Of a stretch of DNA of 64,000 nucleotides, positions 26,050 through 38,929 are shown piece by piece. The notes under the pieces are model-generated. The model had not been told where the DNA came from, searched no databases, and worked only from the letters and a program-made list of their open reading frames with translations. This DNA is from Torpedo marmorata (lineage: Eukaryota), in the NCBI GenBank assembly GCA_977017645.1, contig OZ360247.1:19096001-19160000 (forward strand), written 5' to 3'. How positions within the stretch are numbered: the stretch's first letter is position 1; each line of letters begins with the position of its first letter. Made by a program: the position numbers and the translations under genes.

Positions 26050-27490
26050 GGCCAACTAGCCGGAGTGTTCACGGACATTTTCAACCTCTCATTGCGGCAG
26101 TCAGAGGTTCCCACCTGCTTCAAAAGGGCATCAATCATCCCGGTACCCAAGAAGAGTAGTGTGGGCTGCCTCAACGACTACCACCCAGTAGCACTAATTT
26201 CTACTGTGATGAAATGCTTTGAGAGGCTGGTCATGGCCAGAATTAACACATACCTAAGCAAAGATCTGGACCCACTGCAATTCGCCTATCGCCACAATCG
26301 CTCCACAGCAGATGCAATATCGCTGGCTCTCCACTCAGCTCTGGATCACCTCGAAAACAGCAATTCATACATACGGTTGCTCTTCATCGACTACAGCTCA
26401 GCCTTCAATACCATTATTCCCTCAGTGCTGGTCAAGAAGCTACAAACTCTAGGCCTCTGTACCCCACTCTGCAACTGGATCCTTGACTTTCTCATCGGAA
26501 GACCACAGTCAGTACGAATTGGAAACAACGTCTCCTCCTCACTGATTATCAACACAGGCGCACCCCAAGGATGCGTGCTTAGTCCACTGCTCTACTCGTT
26601 ACACACCCATGACTGTGTGGCCAGGCACAATTCTAATGCCATCTACAAGTTTGCCGATGACACCACAGTTGTCGGCAGAATCACAAACGGCAATGAGGAA
26701 GCGTACAGGAGGGAGATAGATCAGCTCGTTGAATGGTGTAATGACAACAACCTTGAGCTCAACGTCAGCAAAACCAAGGAAATGATTGTGGACTTCAGGA
26801 GGAAGTCAGGGGAACACGACCCAGTCCTCATCGAGGGCTCAGTAGTGGAGAGGGTCAAGAACTTCAAATTCCTGGGTGTCAACATCTCCGAGGATCTGTC
26901 CTGGAGCATCCACGTTGATGCAATCACAAAGAAGGCTCGTCAGCGGCTATACTTTGTGAGGTGTCTGCGGAGATTCGGTATGTCACCAAAGACTCTCGTA
27001 AACTTCTACAGGTGTACCGTGGAGAGCATTCTGGCTGGTTGCATCACTGCCTGGTATGGAGGCGCCAACTCCCAGGACAAGAGTAAACTCCAGAGGGTTG
27101 TTAACTCGGCCTGTGACATCACAGGCACCAAACTTCACTCCATCGAGGACATCTACATGAGGCGGTGTCTTAAAAAAGCAGCCTCTATCCTCAAAGACCC
27201 CCACCACCCAGGCCATGCCCTCTTCACTCTGCTTCCATCGGGAAAAAGGTACAGGAGCCTAAAGACGAGCACTCAACGGCACAAGGACAGCTTCTTCCCC
27301 ACTGCCATCAGATTCCTGAATAATCAATGAACCAAAGACACTGCCTTACTTTTCGTGCACTATTGTTTATAATTTTTTATAGTAATGTCGTTAGATGGTT
27401 AATATGAATGTTATTTGCACTATGATGCTGTCGCAAAACACCGAATTTCATGACTTGTTCATGACAATAAATTCTGATTCTGATTCTGAT
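26050..27490 (+). mobile_element. Rex1/Babar LINE, 5'-truncated, RT frame open to 27330
   Basis: [49 protein letters not shown], then AATAAA and (ATTCTG)n tail. Confidence 0.93.
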
Positions 27491-27669
27491 TCAGCAGTGT
27501 GTTCAGTACAAAGTCCCTTGGTGTTGGACCACACTCTCCCAGGTGGGCAGTCAGGTGTGGTGGGCAGGTCTGTCACTCTGTTCCCAGCTCAATCATAGAT
27601 TACCAGGTTGATAGAGGAAGAGTTCAATTTAAAATTTAAAATTTTAATTTAAAATTTATTGACACATGC

Positions 27670-28200
27670 AGTGATAGAAGTAAAAACACAATTGTGGAGA
27701 AACTCAGCAGGTCAAACAACAGGCACTGCAGATCTGACGGAGGCTCATTTACTGAAACATGAGAGAGTCTCAAACAAGGAGACATAACAACTAGATAGTA
27801 GCCAGGTCATTTAAAACTGAACTACAGAGACATTTCTTTCCACACAGGCGGTGAATCCCTGGTAGGTTGTGGCAGTGTTTAAAGTGAAGCTGGATAAATA
27901 TTTGGTAGACGGAGGAAGAGAGAGGTGTGGAGAAATGGCAATGAGGAAGAGTTGAGAGAAGCCATGGTAGTGTGGCCTTGAGGCGGCAAGTGGCCTCCAC
28001 CTGCCCCAACTGTGCGTTCCTGTTTCTTATTCACCAATGCTCATTTCTTTACATTCCTTGATGAAGGGTTCAAGCCTGAAACATTGGTTATGTACCTTTA
28101 TCTTTGCCATAGGAAATACACTGTTTGACCAGCTGAGTTTCTCCAGCGTTGTGGTTTCACTTCAACCACGGCATCTGCAGACTTTTGTGTTTTACTTCAT
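27670..28200. repeat. Penelope-terminus short repeats in opposite orientations (about 27670-27720 and 28050-28197) around a CR1-like fragment
   Basis: ggagaaactcagcaggtcaaaca versus tgtttgaccagctgagtttctcc. Hammerhead-like ttgatgaagggttcaagcctgaaac at about 28058-28082. Confidence 0.55.
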
Positions 28201-28848
28201 GCAGTGATAGAGGTTTTTTTGTAAGCAGACCAGTTAGACAGCTCATACATAGTACAACAATTAAGACACAGAAGCGCAGATTCACAGAGAGAGATCAGTG
28301 ATGTGGAGCAATGACAGCAGAATTTTTCTGTTTTGTGGTTCATCCAGGAGTCTGATCTCAGCGGGAAAGAACCCGTCCTTGAATCGAGCGACGCATGTGC
28401 TTGTGAAAAGTCTCCTCGAGGAACTATATTTTCCCCAGTGAGCCCTGGGAGTGCACAGGCCCATGACCTCTCACTTGGGATGGCACTGAACCTCGGGGAG
28501 CCCACTGAGGCCCAATGTAAGTGGCAAGAGGAACACTCCACCTTGCAAATCTTCCACCCATCCATTCCGTCGGGAACCTCCAGTCCCATCCGGGGCAGAA
28601 TCTACCATCCCTTGGACTCATCAGTTGCCTCGGAGTCCACAGAAGTGGAGTAACACTCGCACTTGAGCTACCCGATGAGGAGCAGGAGTAGAAGCAAAGG
28701 TAGAAGGAGAATAAGATTCTCCCCGACCAATAAACAACCTGCTGCAGGAACTCAGCATCAGTGGGAGGAAAAAGTGATCAACCTTTCAGCCTCGCTGCTT
28801 GGCCTGCGAGTTCCTCCAGCAGATGGTCTTTTTGCTCCAGATCCCAAC

Positions 28849-30200
28849 TCAAGTCAAGTCAAGTCAAGTCACCTTAATTTGTCGTTCATTACCATATACA
28901 CAGTAAGACAAGAAAGCGTTTCTCCAGGACCATGGGCAGATGTACGTAAATATCATAATACAATAGAAAAACTATAACATGCTAATACACATATATATCT
29001 AGGAATTGAGGAGCTGGATGGCTTGGGGGAAAAAAACAGTTGCACAGTCTGGACGTACGAGCCCGAGTGCTTCGGTACCTCCTTCCAGATGGCAAAAGGG
29101 AAAACAGTTTACCAAAGGGGTGTGAGAAGTCCTTTACAATGTTTTTAGCCTTCCTCATGCATCGTGTGTTGTAGATGTCCGTCATGGTGGGGAGAGAGAC
29201 TCCAATAATTTTCTCCGCTGACCTCACTATCCTCTGCAGGGTCTTTCGGTCCGAGATGGTACAGTTACCAAACCAAGCGTTGATGCAATTGCTCAGAATA
29301 CTCTCAATACATCCCCTGTAGAATGTAGTAAGGATAGGGGGTGGGAGATGAACTTTCCTCAGCCTTTGCAGGAAGTAAAGACGCTGCTGGGCTTTCTTGA
29401 CTATGGAACTGGTGTTTAGCGACCAGCTGAGACTCTCCGCCAAGTGCACTCCAAGAAACTTGGTACTCTTTACGACCTCAACAGTAGAGCCGTGCATGGT
29501 CAATGGAGAATGATCCCCCCGGGCCCTTCTGAAGTTGACAACCAACTCTTTTGTATTGTTTACATTCAGATGCAGGTTGTTGGTTCCGCACCATTCCATT
29601 AGCGACTGCACCTCATCTCTGTATGCTGACTCATCGTTCTTACTGATAAGGCCCACCACGGTCGTATCATCAGCGAACTTTATGATGTGATTCGAGCTGT
29701 GTTTTGCTGCACAGACATGAGTCAGCAGGGTGAACAGCAATGGACTAAGCACACAGACCTGGGGAGCCCCCGTGCTCAATGTAATGACCTTAGAAGTGCT
29801 GTTTCCAATCCGGACTGCCTGAGGTCTTCCCGTCAGGAAGTCTAGGATCCAATTACAGAGGGTGTAGTTTAGGCCCAGCTCCCTCAACTTCCCTATCAGG
29901 TACTGAGGTATGATCGTGTTGAATGCCGAGCTGAAGTCAATAAACAGCATTCGAACATACGCGTCCTTATTTTCCAGGTGGGTGAGGGCTAGGTGGAGGG
30001 TGGTAATGATGGCATCATCTGTGGAGCGGTTTGATCTATATGCGAACTGCAGGGGGTCCAGTGAGGGGGGCAGCAGAAGCTTGATGTGCCTCATGACGAG
30101 CCTCTCGAAGCACTTCATGACGGTAGATGTGAGTGCGACAGGGCGGTAGTCATTGAGGCAGGACACCGTCGACTTCTTCGGCACAGGGATGATGGTAGCG
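28849..30200 (-). mobile_element. Rex1/Babar LINE family B with (TTGAC)n tail
   Basis: ORF 28982-30337 has [19 protein letters not shown] and [10 protein letters not shown]. Tail seen as (aagtc)n. Confidence 0.9.
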
Positions 30201-31069
30201 GCAGCAACAACGATGAGTCGCACTACAGAGAAGAGGTGGAAAATCTCGTGATATGGTGCGAGACCAACAGCCTGATTCTCAACATGGACAAGACGAAGGA
30301 GATGATCTTGGACTTCAGGAGGACCAGGAACAACCACCCTCCACTATACATCAACAACTCTGGAGTGGAGAGAGTGGAGAGCATCAGGTTCCTTGGAGTT
30401 CACTTAACTAGTGACCTATCGTGGATACTCAACATCTCCTCACTTGTCAGGAAGGCGCAACAGCGACTGCACTTCCTGAGAAGACTGAAGCGGGCAAGGC
30501 TACCAGCCACCATTATGTCAACCTTCTACAGGAGCTCTATTGAGAGTGTCCTGGCCGGCTGAATCACAGTGTAGTACGGATGCTGCAGAGAAATGGATCG
30601 GAGGTCAATCCACAGGATTGTAAGAGTGGCAGAGAGGATCACTGGAGTCTCCCATTCCCCCCACCCCCCCACCCCCCCACCCCATCGACATGATCTACCG
30701 GGATCGTTGTCTGAAGAGGGCGCGCAAAATCATTGAGGACTCCTTCCACCCTGCACACAACATCTTTCAGTTGCTCCCGTCGGGAAAGAGATACAGGAGT
30801 ATCAGAGCCAGCACCACCAGGCCGAGGAACAGCTTCTTCCCGCGGGCAGTGAGAATGCTGAACGATCAGAGGAACTGCTCACACTAACCATCCGAGACTC
30901 TCATATTCATGAAACAATATTTATTTGTATATATGAATACTTGTCGTGCATATGTATTGTTTGTCTGTATGTGTGTTATGTCTGGTTATGTGTCTGCGTG
31001 TTTTGCCTGACGACTGGAAAATGCTGTTTCATTGGGAAACCAGATGGCAATAAAGTTGACTTGACTTGA
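30201..31069 (+). mobile_element. Rex1/Babar LINE family C with (TTGAC)n tail
   Basis: [37 protein letters not shown]; ends aataaagttgacttgacttga. Confidence 0.9.
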
Positions 31070-31379
31070 TCCACAGAATCTCATGTGTCCCCAGACTCTC
31101 CCCAAGTGCAGGCACAACACAGAGAAGGTGCAGAGTAAAGATCCTTCCACACTTGTTCCATTAAACACACCCAAGGCAGAGACAGCATGCATTAAAATGT
31201 ATTAAAAAGTAAACTGGAAGTGATTCCACCCAGAGCAAGCACCCCCTCATATCTGTTAAATTAAAAGTTACAAAAGTCTTAAATGCATTAGACATATGAA
31301 AGATGTTTATATGGATCAGAAATAACTGGAAGGGACTTGGCTTGGAGGATGTTTGTTGCCATAGTGAGGCAGCTGGCCG

Positions 31380-31641
31380 TGTGGGCTTGCCCTGCAGACA
31401 GTGAGGCAGAGTGTTTTGCAACAGCTGCCTGTGTAACTAGCAGAGGGAGTGGCTCCTCATCAGATCTCTGCCCTCCGGTCTCCAGCATTGTGGTTGGAAA
31501 CACCCTGCCTTGCACCAGACCCGAGGCTCGCTGCCGTGGGTTAAGAAGGCTTTATAGGTCTGCAACAGCTCGGGTTGCAGTATTTCACTGGACTGAACCT
31601 TGATCTGCTGTGCCACTACAGAGATTCAGTACACCTCAGCG
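31380..31641 (+). promoter_or_regulatory. Candidate TNS4 promoter and non-coding first exon
   Basis: Apparently unique sequence with TATA-like tttata (31551), strong donor gcg|gtgagt (31642) and a p53/p63 half-site gggcttgccc (31383-31392). The first coding exon has an acceptor, so an upstream exon is required. Confidence 0.3.
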
Positions 31642-33949
31642 GTGAGTGCCAACAGGTTATGTTAGTTTCTCAAAAAGATGAAAATGGATTGTTAAAGCAA
31701 ATTGACTTTCACGCTCTAAGGAAGGAATTTGGGAGAATCTGTTAAAGGAGTTTTTGGATGTAACTTGTTGATGTCAAGGAGTTGGGGATCTTTCTGGAAA
31801 CAGGTGTGAGGCAGGAGCCTGGTAGTGCAGAGAATGCCAGTCTCAAGGAACCTTCATCAAACACAGTTTCAGACGCATTTGGAGAATTCGGGGCACCAGA
31901 AGATGTGAGGGCTTTAGCAAGGTGCAGAAGATATTTGTCAAAATGTTGGGGCTATTCTTGGAATAGAGGAGACTGCCTCATTAAATGTATTGAAGACACA
32001 GTTAGATAGATTTTTGCATAGTAGGGGAATTAAGGGTTCTGGGGGAAAGGCGGGTAGGTGGAGATGAGTCCACAGCCAGATCAGCCACGATCTTATTGAA
32101 TGGTGGAGCAGGCTGGACGGGCCGGATGGCCGACTCCTGCTCCTATTTCTGATGTTCTTTTGTATTTATAATCATGAAGTATATACACAAGGTAGAGAGG
32201 TAGGCATGGAATGGAGATTGCCTTCAAACCAAAAGTGTTAGGAACTGTTTTTAATTTAGAAAGTGAGTGGTTAGGTCTGGAACTCACTCAGGGGGGTGGG
32301 GTGGGTAGTGTAGGCAGATCGACGGCAGAGTTCAACAGGGAGCTTCTGAAAGGGGAGAATATACAGGCCTGAGGGCAGGGAGTGGGACAGTGGATTGGTC
32401 ATGTTGCTGGGCAATGGTCTCCTCACTTGCTGTAACCACACTGTGGGAGAGGGCAGGTTGATCCGGGAACATCCCCTAGCACAAGGGTTCAGGGACCAGG
32501 GGGCATGAATGGAATATCAAAGGGAGATGGGGATGCATGTTTTCACTGGGAGAGTGCCAGGGTCTGGAATCATCGGCCTGGGAGGGTGGGAGAGGCAGAA
32601 AACCTCAGGGTGTTTGGATGTGATGTGCAGGACTATAGAGCTATTAGTTGGGGTGAGCTATTTTAAAATTGCGGGCTCAATTTTAACATTTAAGAAAAAG
32701 TTGGACAGGTACATGGATAGGAGGGGTATGGAGGACTATGGACTGGGTGCAGGTCAGTGGGACAAGGCAGAATAATAATTTGGCACAGACTAGAAGGGCT
32801 GAAGGGCCTGTTTTCTGTGCTGTAATGTTCTATGGTTCTATGATTCTATTTTTTTGGCTAACACAGATATGATGGGTTGAATGGCCTCCTATGGTACGTT
32901 TCCTGTGACTGTTCTGTTACCGTTAGAAGTGGACTGCGGCCCATCATGCTGTGTCCAGTCCAGATTCCCAGCCTTGCTTTGGTCGTGGGGGTTGGGAAGT
33001 GAGGGAGTATGTGGGCACTCCATGGATCTGACTGCAGGTTGCAAGGGCTCTGACAATGACTCACTGATCTTCTCGTTGACCACGGACATGGACAGAGTGC
33101 ATGACTCACCGGGGATTTCCCATGAAGGAAAGGATCTGCTGACCAAAGGAAGGTCAAGGGAGGCGTCTCTCTGCTTGAGGTCATGAAATAGCAGTTTGCA
33201 CCGAGTTTTGCAAAGTGTGAGCCCACTCCTGGTCAGCTGCGTTCTGGCAGTGGCTCATTCTGTGCTCCTGCTCCTCCACCGTTCATTTGTGGCGGAACAT
33301 GATTTCATGTCAGAGCTAAAACTCGGGTATAAATTGCTGTGATAATGGCTAGCTGGTGAAGTGGTGATAGGGCATATCCTTGCCCAGGGAGCCTCGGGGG
33401 AGCGCAGGAGGACATTTCCTTCACCAAGTTACTGCATCCGGGATAAAAATGGGAAATCTGGAAACCCTCTGAAGATCAGGCGGCGTATGAGGAGAGAGAA
33501 AAACACACTTGTCACATTTCAGAGCAACATCTGGGAACGTGTTACCTTTTAGAGCAGATCCAGTGGGAACTCTGTGAAGGGAATTTGATGAATATTTGAA
33601 AAAGAGAAATTGTAGAGCTATGAGAAAGAGAGTGGGAAATGGGGTGATTGGAGTGCTTGCACCGGGTCTGTGGGCAGAATGGCCTGCTTCAGTGCTGTAC
33701 CATGTATCTAATATTACACATTGGCCCCTCTGCATTACCAGATCTTTGCATCGAATGTTCTGCTCAGGACTCCCACCTGTAAACACTTCTCTTGACTGTA
33801 GGACGTTAGATCACCTGGTATCTCCACCCACGGACTGTGCCCAGAGGGCAGGGCAGACTCTGAGTGGAATTTTAGTTGGAGGGTGATCCTGGAAAGAGTG
33901 GAAAATGGGGAAACTCGAGCAAAGTGGCACGTTGGAACGTACACTTGGC

Positions 33950-36460
33950 TGGGATTGGGAACAGTGGAGAAGGATTAAGGTGGACAGCCAGCACCTTTTT
34001 CCCAGGGTGTGGGAATAGCAAACACCAGGGGAAATCTGTACAAAGTGAAGGGAGGAAGGTTTAGGGGTAAGTTTTTTACACAGAGAGTTGTGGGTGCCTA
34101 GAATGCCTTGCCAGGGGTGGTGGAGGAGGCTGAAACATTAGGGGCATTTAAGAGACTCTTAGACAGGCACAATCTTCAATGGGGTACTCGTCAAGGTTGT
34201 CCTTTATGTCCATTACTTTTTGACTTGGTATTAGAACCTCTAGCAATTGCTCTTCGTGAAAGTAGAGATTTTATAGGGATTCATAGGCACGGCATTGAAC
34301 ACAAGGTTTCTTTATATGCAGATGATCTTTTGCTTTTTGTATCTAATCCAGATGTTTCTTTATCAAGCATATTAGCTTTGCTTTCTCATATTAGTCTGTT
34401 TTCTGGGTACATTGAATCTGCATAAAAGTGAACTTTTACCTTTAAATGGTTCTATACCAAGTTATTCTAATTTTCCTTTTAAGATTATGAAGGACTAATT
34501 TACCTATCTTGGTATTACAATTACTAGGAGTTATAAACATCTTTTTAAGGAAATGTTTTCTACTTTATTTAATCAGGTCAAATTACTGCTATCGAGATGG
34601 TCACCTTTATCTATTTACATGATTGGTCGCATCAATTCTAATAAAATGAACATTTTACCTAAGTTTTTGTATCTTTTCCAATCTATACCAATTTTCATTC
34701 CCAAATCATTTTTTGACTCACTTGATTCGCTAATATCTTCCTACATATGGCAAGGAAAACGCCCCGTTTAAATAAAGCTCATCTTCAAAAAGATAAAAGG
34801 AATGGTAGATTGGCATTTCCTAATTTTAGATTTTACTATTGGGCGGTCAATATACGTAATTTGCTTCTTTTGTTACATTTTGATAATGGAATTGAAGTTT
34901 ACTAAAATACTTCTATGTTGGCAATTCTAGGGTCTTTTTTATCCTCTTCTTTATATAAACTAACTGATAATCCAATAATTAGACATAGTTTCAGAATATG
35001 GGCACAATTTAGAAGGTTTTTTGTATTTCAGAGCTTTTCTCCTGCCAGCCCTATTATATCTAATCATCTTTTTCAACAAGATACTGTCTTTAATGACTGG
35101 CACAGATTGGGTATTAAATGTTTTAAAGACCTTTTTATTCGAAACAATTTTGCTTCCTTTGAACAATTAGTGGTAAAATTTAACTTACCAAACACTCATT
35201 TTTTTAGATATTTACAAGTTAGACATTTTGTTTAATTTCAGATCCCTGACTTTCCGCGAATCCCCGAGGCAAACATCCTTGATACACTTTTTGACTTACA
35301 ACTTTCTCATAAAGGTTTAATATCCCTTATTTATAATAATTTGCTTGATTTAAGAATAGCCTCATTAGTTAAAATCAAGAACGATTGGGTACAGGATTTG
35401 AATCTTTCATTCTCGGATGAGGTTTGGGATTCTATTTGTAATCTGATTAATACTACCTCCTTTTGTGCACGACTCTGTTTGTTGCAATTTAAAGTAGTCC
35501 ATAGAGTACATATGTCTAAAGTTAAATTGGCTCATTTTTACTTAGATATAAATCCTCTATGTGACAAATGTAAAATTGTTGATGCTTCTTTATTTCACAT
35601 TTTCTGGACTTGCCCTAGTTTAGAAAAATTTTGGAAAGATATCTTTCAAACATTATCGGTGATTCTCAAGTTCAAATTAGAACCTTGCCCTTTAATTGCT
35701 CTATTTGGATCATTTCAAGATGATGATGTTTTACTGAACTCCAACGCAAAACCGAATTTTATCTTTTACTTCATTGAGTAATGAAGTAATCAAAATTTAA
35801 TCCATTTTGATTAACTGGAAAGACAATACTCCACCTACACACACACAATGGCTAAGTGATATTATGTCTTGTTTAAGTTTAGAAAAAAATTAGATATGCT
35901 ATTAAAGATTCAAATATTACCTTTCAAAAGACGTGGAGTTCATTTATGGACCATTATCATAACCTAAAGAATTAGGGTTATTCTGAAGCTTTGGTGCTGT
36001 GCTGTTTATCTCCAGGTTGTTGTCCCCTGACTCCTACGTGTCAGCTTTTAACCTCGCTTAGTGGTAGGGGTTCTGAATTGTAAGGTTTTTTTTTTGTTTT
36101 TTTTTCTCTTTTCTTGAATTTTACAATAGAATATATAATTGAACTGTTATGACTATTGTTATGATTGTGCTGTGTACTCTGGATTTCCTTATTATGAGAA
36201 TATTGTACAATGTTTTAAAAAAAAAATATTTTTTCCGAATCTTGTAGCACATTGTATAATTGTACTGTACAATTGTTTATATTGTAAAACATCCATGAAA
36301 ATATTTTAAAAAGAAAGAAAGACAGGCACATGGTTGAAAGAAAAATAGAGGGTTAGGTAAGGAAGGGTTTAGTACTTTCTTTGGTAGGAATATATAGGTC
36401 AGAACAACATCTAGGGCTGAAGGGCCTGTACAGTGCTGTAATGTTCTATGGTCTATGATT
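33950..36460 (+). mobile_element. CR1 3' fragment split by L1-C
   Basis: ttttttacacagagagttgtgggtgcc..gactcttagacaggcaca continues as tggttgaaag after the L1, ending in a tgttctatg tail. Confidence 0.7.
34172..36319 (+). mobile_element. 5'-truncated decayed L1 (L1-C)
   Basis: GTRQGCPLCP, LYADD, CDKC..HIFWTCP and an A-rich tail. 11-bp TSD agacaggcaca at 34161-34171 and 36320-36330. Confidence 0.9.
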
Positions 36461-36969
36461 AGTAGGTCCACTGCCGTTACATACGTGGGCGGAGTGAGGG
36501 GTCTGGGTAACGTAAAGCATCTGACAAGTTGACCGAGTGGGCCCCTCTCCGAGTCGGTTGATTCCCTGCAGGGAAGAGCCTGTATCCAATGAACTCCAAT
36601 AGGAATTCAAAACCAACAAAATACTGCAGTTGCTGGAAATCTGAAATACAAAAAGAAAATGCTCGGCAGACCAGTCAGTGTCTGTGGAGTAAGAGACTGT
36701 TAGGCGATGACCTTCTGGATAAAAGAGGAAGGGGAATCCATTCCCTTTCCTTCCTTCACCGACAGGAAGCCAGCTCACTGCCCAGCCCAGCTCAGTCACT
36801 GACAGCTCATCCTACGTAGTGGTTACTAAACGCAACCATACCACTGGAACGCACAACCAGAACAGTCAGTGCCCATGTCAAAGGCATGAGCTGAGGATAA
36901 CATGGTGGGACAGTGCGGGGCAGCAGACGTGGTGGATTCAGCATTCACTCGACATGAGACCTTTTTGAA

Positions 36970-38200
36970 AGAACGACTGAATGGCAGTAAAATTGATTGA
37001 TGTCACGTGTACTGAGATACAGTGAAATTCTTTACTTTGCATGCTATTCAGGCTGGTCAACCCCTAGATAGTACAACAGATCATGCAAGAATGCAAATAA
37101 AATTCAGGGGATAGTGTCATGTAAATAAAAAGTGTCGAGGATAGTGTAAAAGTGAAACATACAGCTTAGGCGTGCAAAGCATCAGCTTTTCCTCAAGAGT
37201 TCAAGAGTCCATTAAAAGTAGAAAATAAACTGTCCTTGGATCTGGAGGTCCGTGTTCTCAAACCCATGCATCTTCTGTCTGACGGAACGGGGGAGAAGAG
37301 AGTGTGACCGTGGTGGGATGGGTCCTGTAATATGTCAGCAGCTTTCCTGAGATAGTGGGAGCTTTTAGACTGAGTCAACGGACGGGATGGGGTGTAATGA
37401 GATGGAGTCGATGGAGGGGAGGGAGTGTGATGAGGTGTAGACGGAGTCAATGGAGGGGAGGGGGTGTGATGAGATGTAGACGGAGTCGGTGGAGGGGAGA
37501 GGGTGTGATGATGTGTAGATGGAATCGGTGGAGGGGAGGGGGGTGTGATGAGGTGTAGACGGAGTCGATGGAGGGAAGGGGTGTGATGAGATGTAGATGG
37601 AGTCGATGGAGGGGAGGGAGTGTGATGAGGTTTCGATGGAGGGGAGGGATTGTGATGAGGAGTAGACAGAATTGATGGAGGGGAGGGATGTGATGAGGTT
37701 TTGATGGAGGGGAGGGAGTGTGGTGAGGTGTAGACGGAATCGATGGAGGGGAGGGGTGTGATGAGGTGTAGATGGAGTCGATGGAGGGGAGGGAGTGTGA
37801 TAAAGTGTAGATAGCGATGGAGGGGAGGGGGTGTAATGAGGTGTAGACAGTCGATGGAGGGGTGGGGGTGTGATGAAGTGTAGACAGCGATGGAGGGGAG
37901 GGAGTGTGATGAGGTGTAGATGGAGTCAATGGAGGGGAGGGAGTGTGATGAGGTGTAGATGGAGTCGATGGAGGGGAGGGAGTGTGATGAGGTGTAGATG
38001 GAGTCGATGGAGGGGAGGGAGTGTGATGGTCTGAGCCATGTTCACAACTCTGCAGTTTCTTGTGGTCTTGGACAGAGCAGTTCCCATCCCACGCTGGGAT
38101 GCACCCAGACAGGATCCTTTCTATGGTGCATCTATAAAACTTGGTCTGGGGACATGCAAATTTCCACAGGCTTCAGAGGAAGGAGGAGGTTGGTGCACAT
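36970..38200 (-). mobile_element. Old Rex1-like 3' fragment containing a 39-bp minisatellite (about 37390-38030)
   Basis: Flanks encode WDGNCSVQDHKKLQ and HYLRKAADILQDPSHHGH. Unit atggaggggagggagtgtgatgaggtgtagatggagtcg. Confidence 0.75.
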
Positions 38201-38699
38201 GCTTTCATGGGGTCAATAACACAGATGCTGGATTAGAACTGGGGGGTACTGGTGTTCCGGGTTGGAAGACCCATGCGCTCGTTGATTTGTTCTGTTCTGC
38301 TAAGTGTAGGCATGAATTAAACAGGTGAGCTCAGGGTGTAGGGTTTGGGGAGTGTCAGGTTGGCAAGCAGTGCAAGAGGTAGTCAGGAACATGTGTCCCT
38401 TGGAATCATTCAACGTCAAACGTCACTTAGTTCAAGTGCACAGCCCTGTGGCTGGATGGAGAGCTGGTTGGAGGGAGGTCCAGTATGGGGGAAAACAAGA
38501 GTGGGAATGTGAAGGAGACAGAGAGTCTGGGGGGAAATGAGAGAGATGGTGCAGCAAGACAGAACTACCTGTGTGTGAAAGGGCAGGAAGGGGAATGAAG
38601 GAGCTTCATGGGGCTTACAGAGAGAGTACAGTGGGAATGGTGCAGGGGAAACAATAATGCGCAATGTCACAGTGGAGTCCGGGGCGGTGGGGGCTTCTT

Positions 38700-38880
38700 C
38701 ATACAGGGCCAGGGAGTGTGCAGGAAGGTTTGAACACCTTCATATAGGGCTATGGAGTGTGCAGGAAGGTTTGAACACCTTCATACAGGGCTATGGAGTG
38801 TGCAGGAAGGTTTGAACACCTTCAAGGAGGGCCAGGGAGTGTGCAGGGAGGTTTGAACACCTTCATACAGGGCCAGGGAG
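38700..38880. repeat. 41-bp tandem repeat (about 4 copies)
   Basis: cagggctatggagtgtgcaggaaggtttgaacaccttcata. Confidence 0.9.
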
Positions 38881-38929
38881 TGTGTGATGGAACAGTACAG
38901 AGGGAGCTACACTCTGTGGCTGATCCCAG

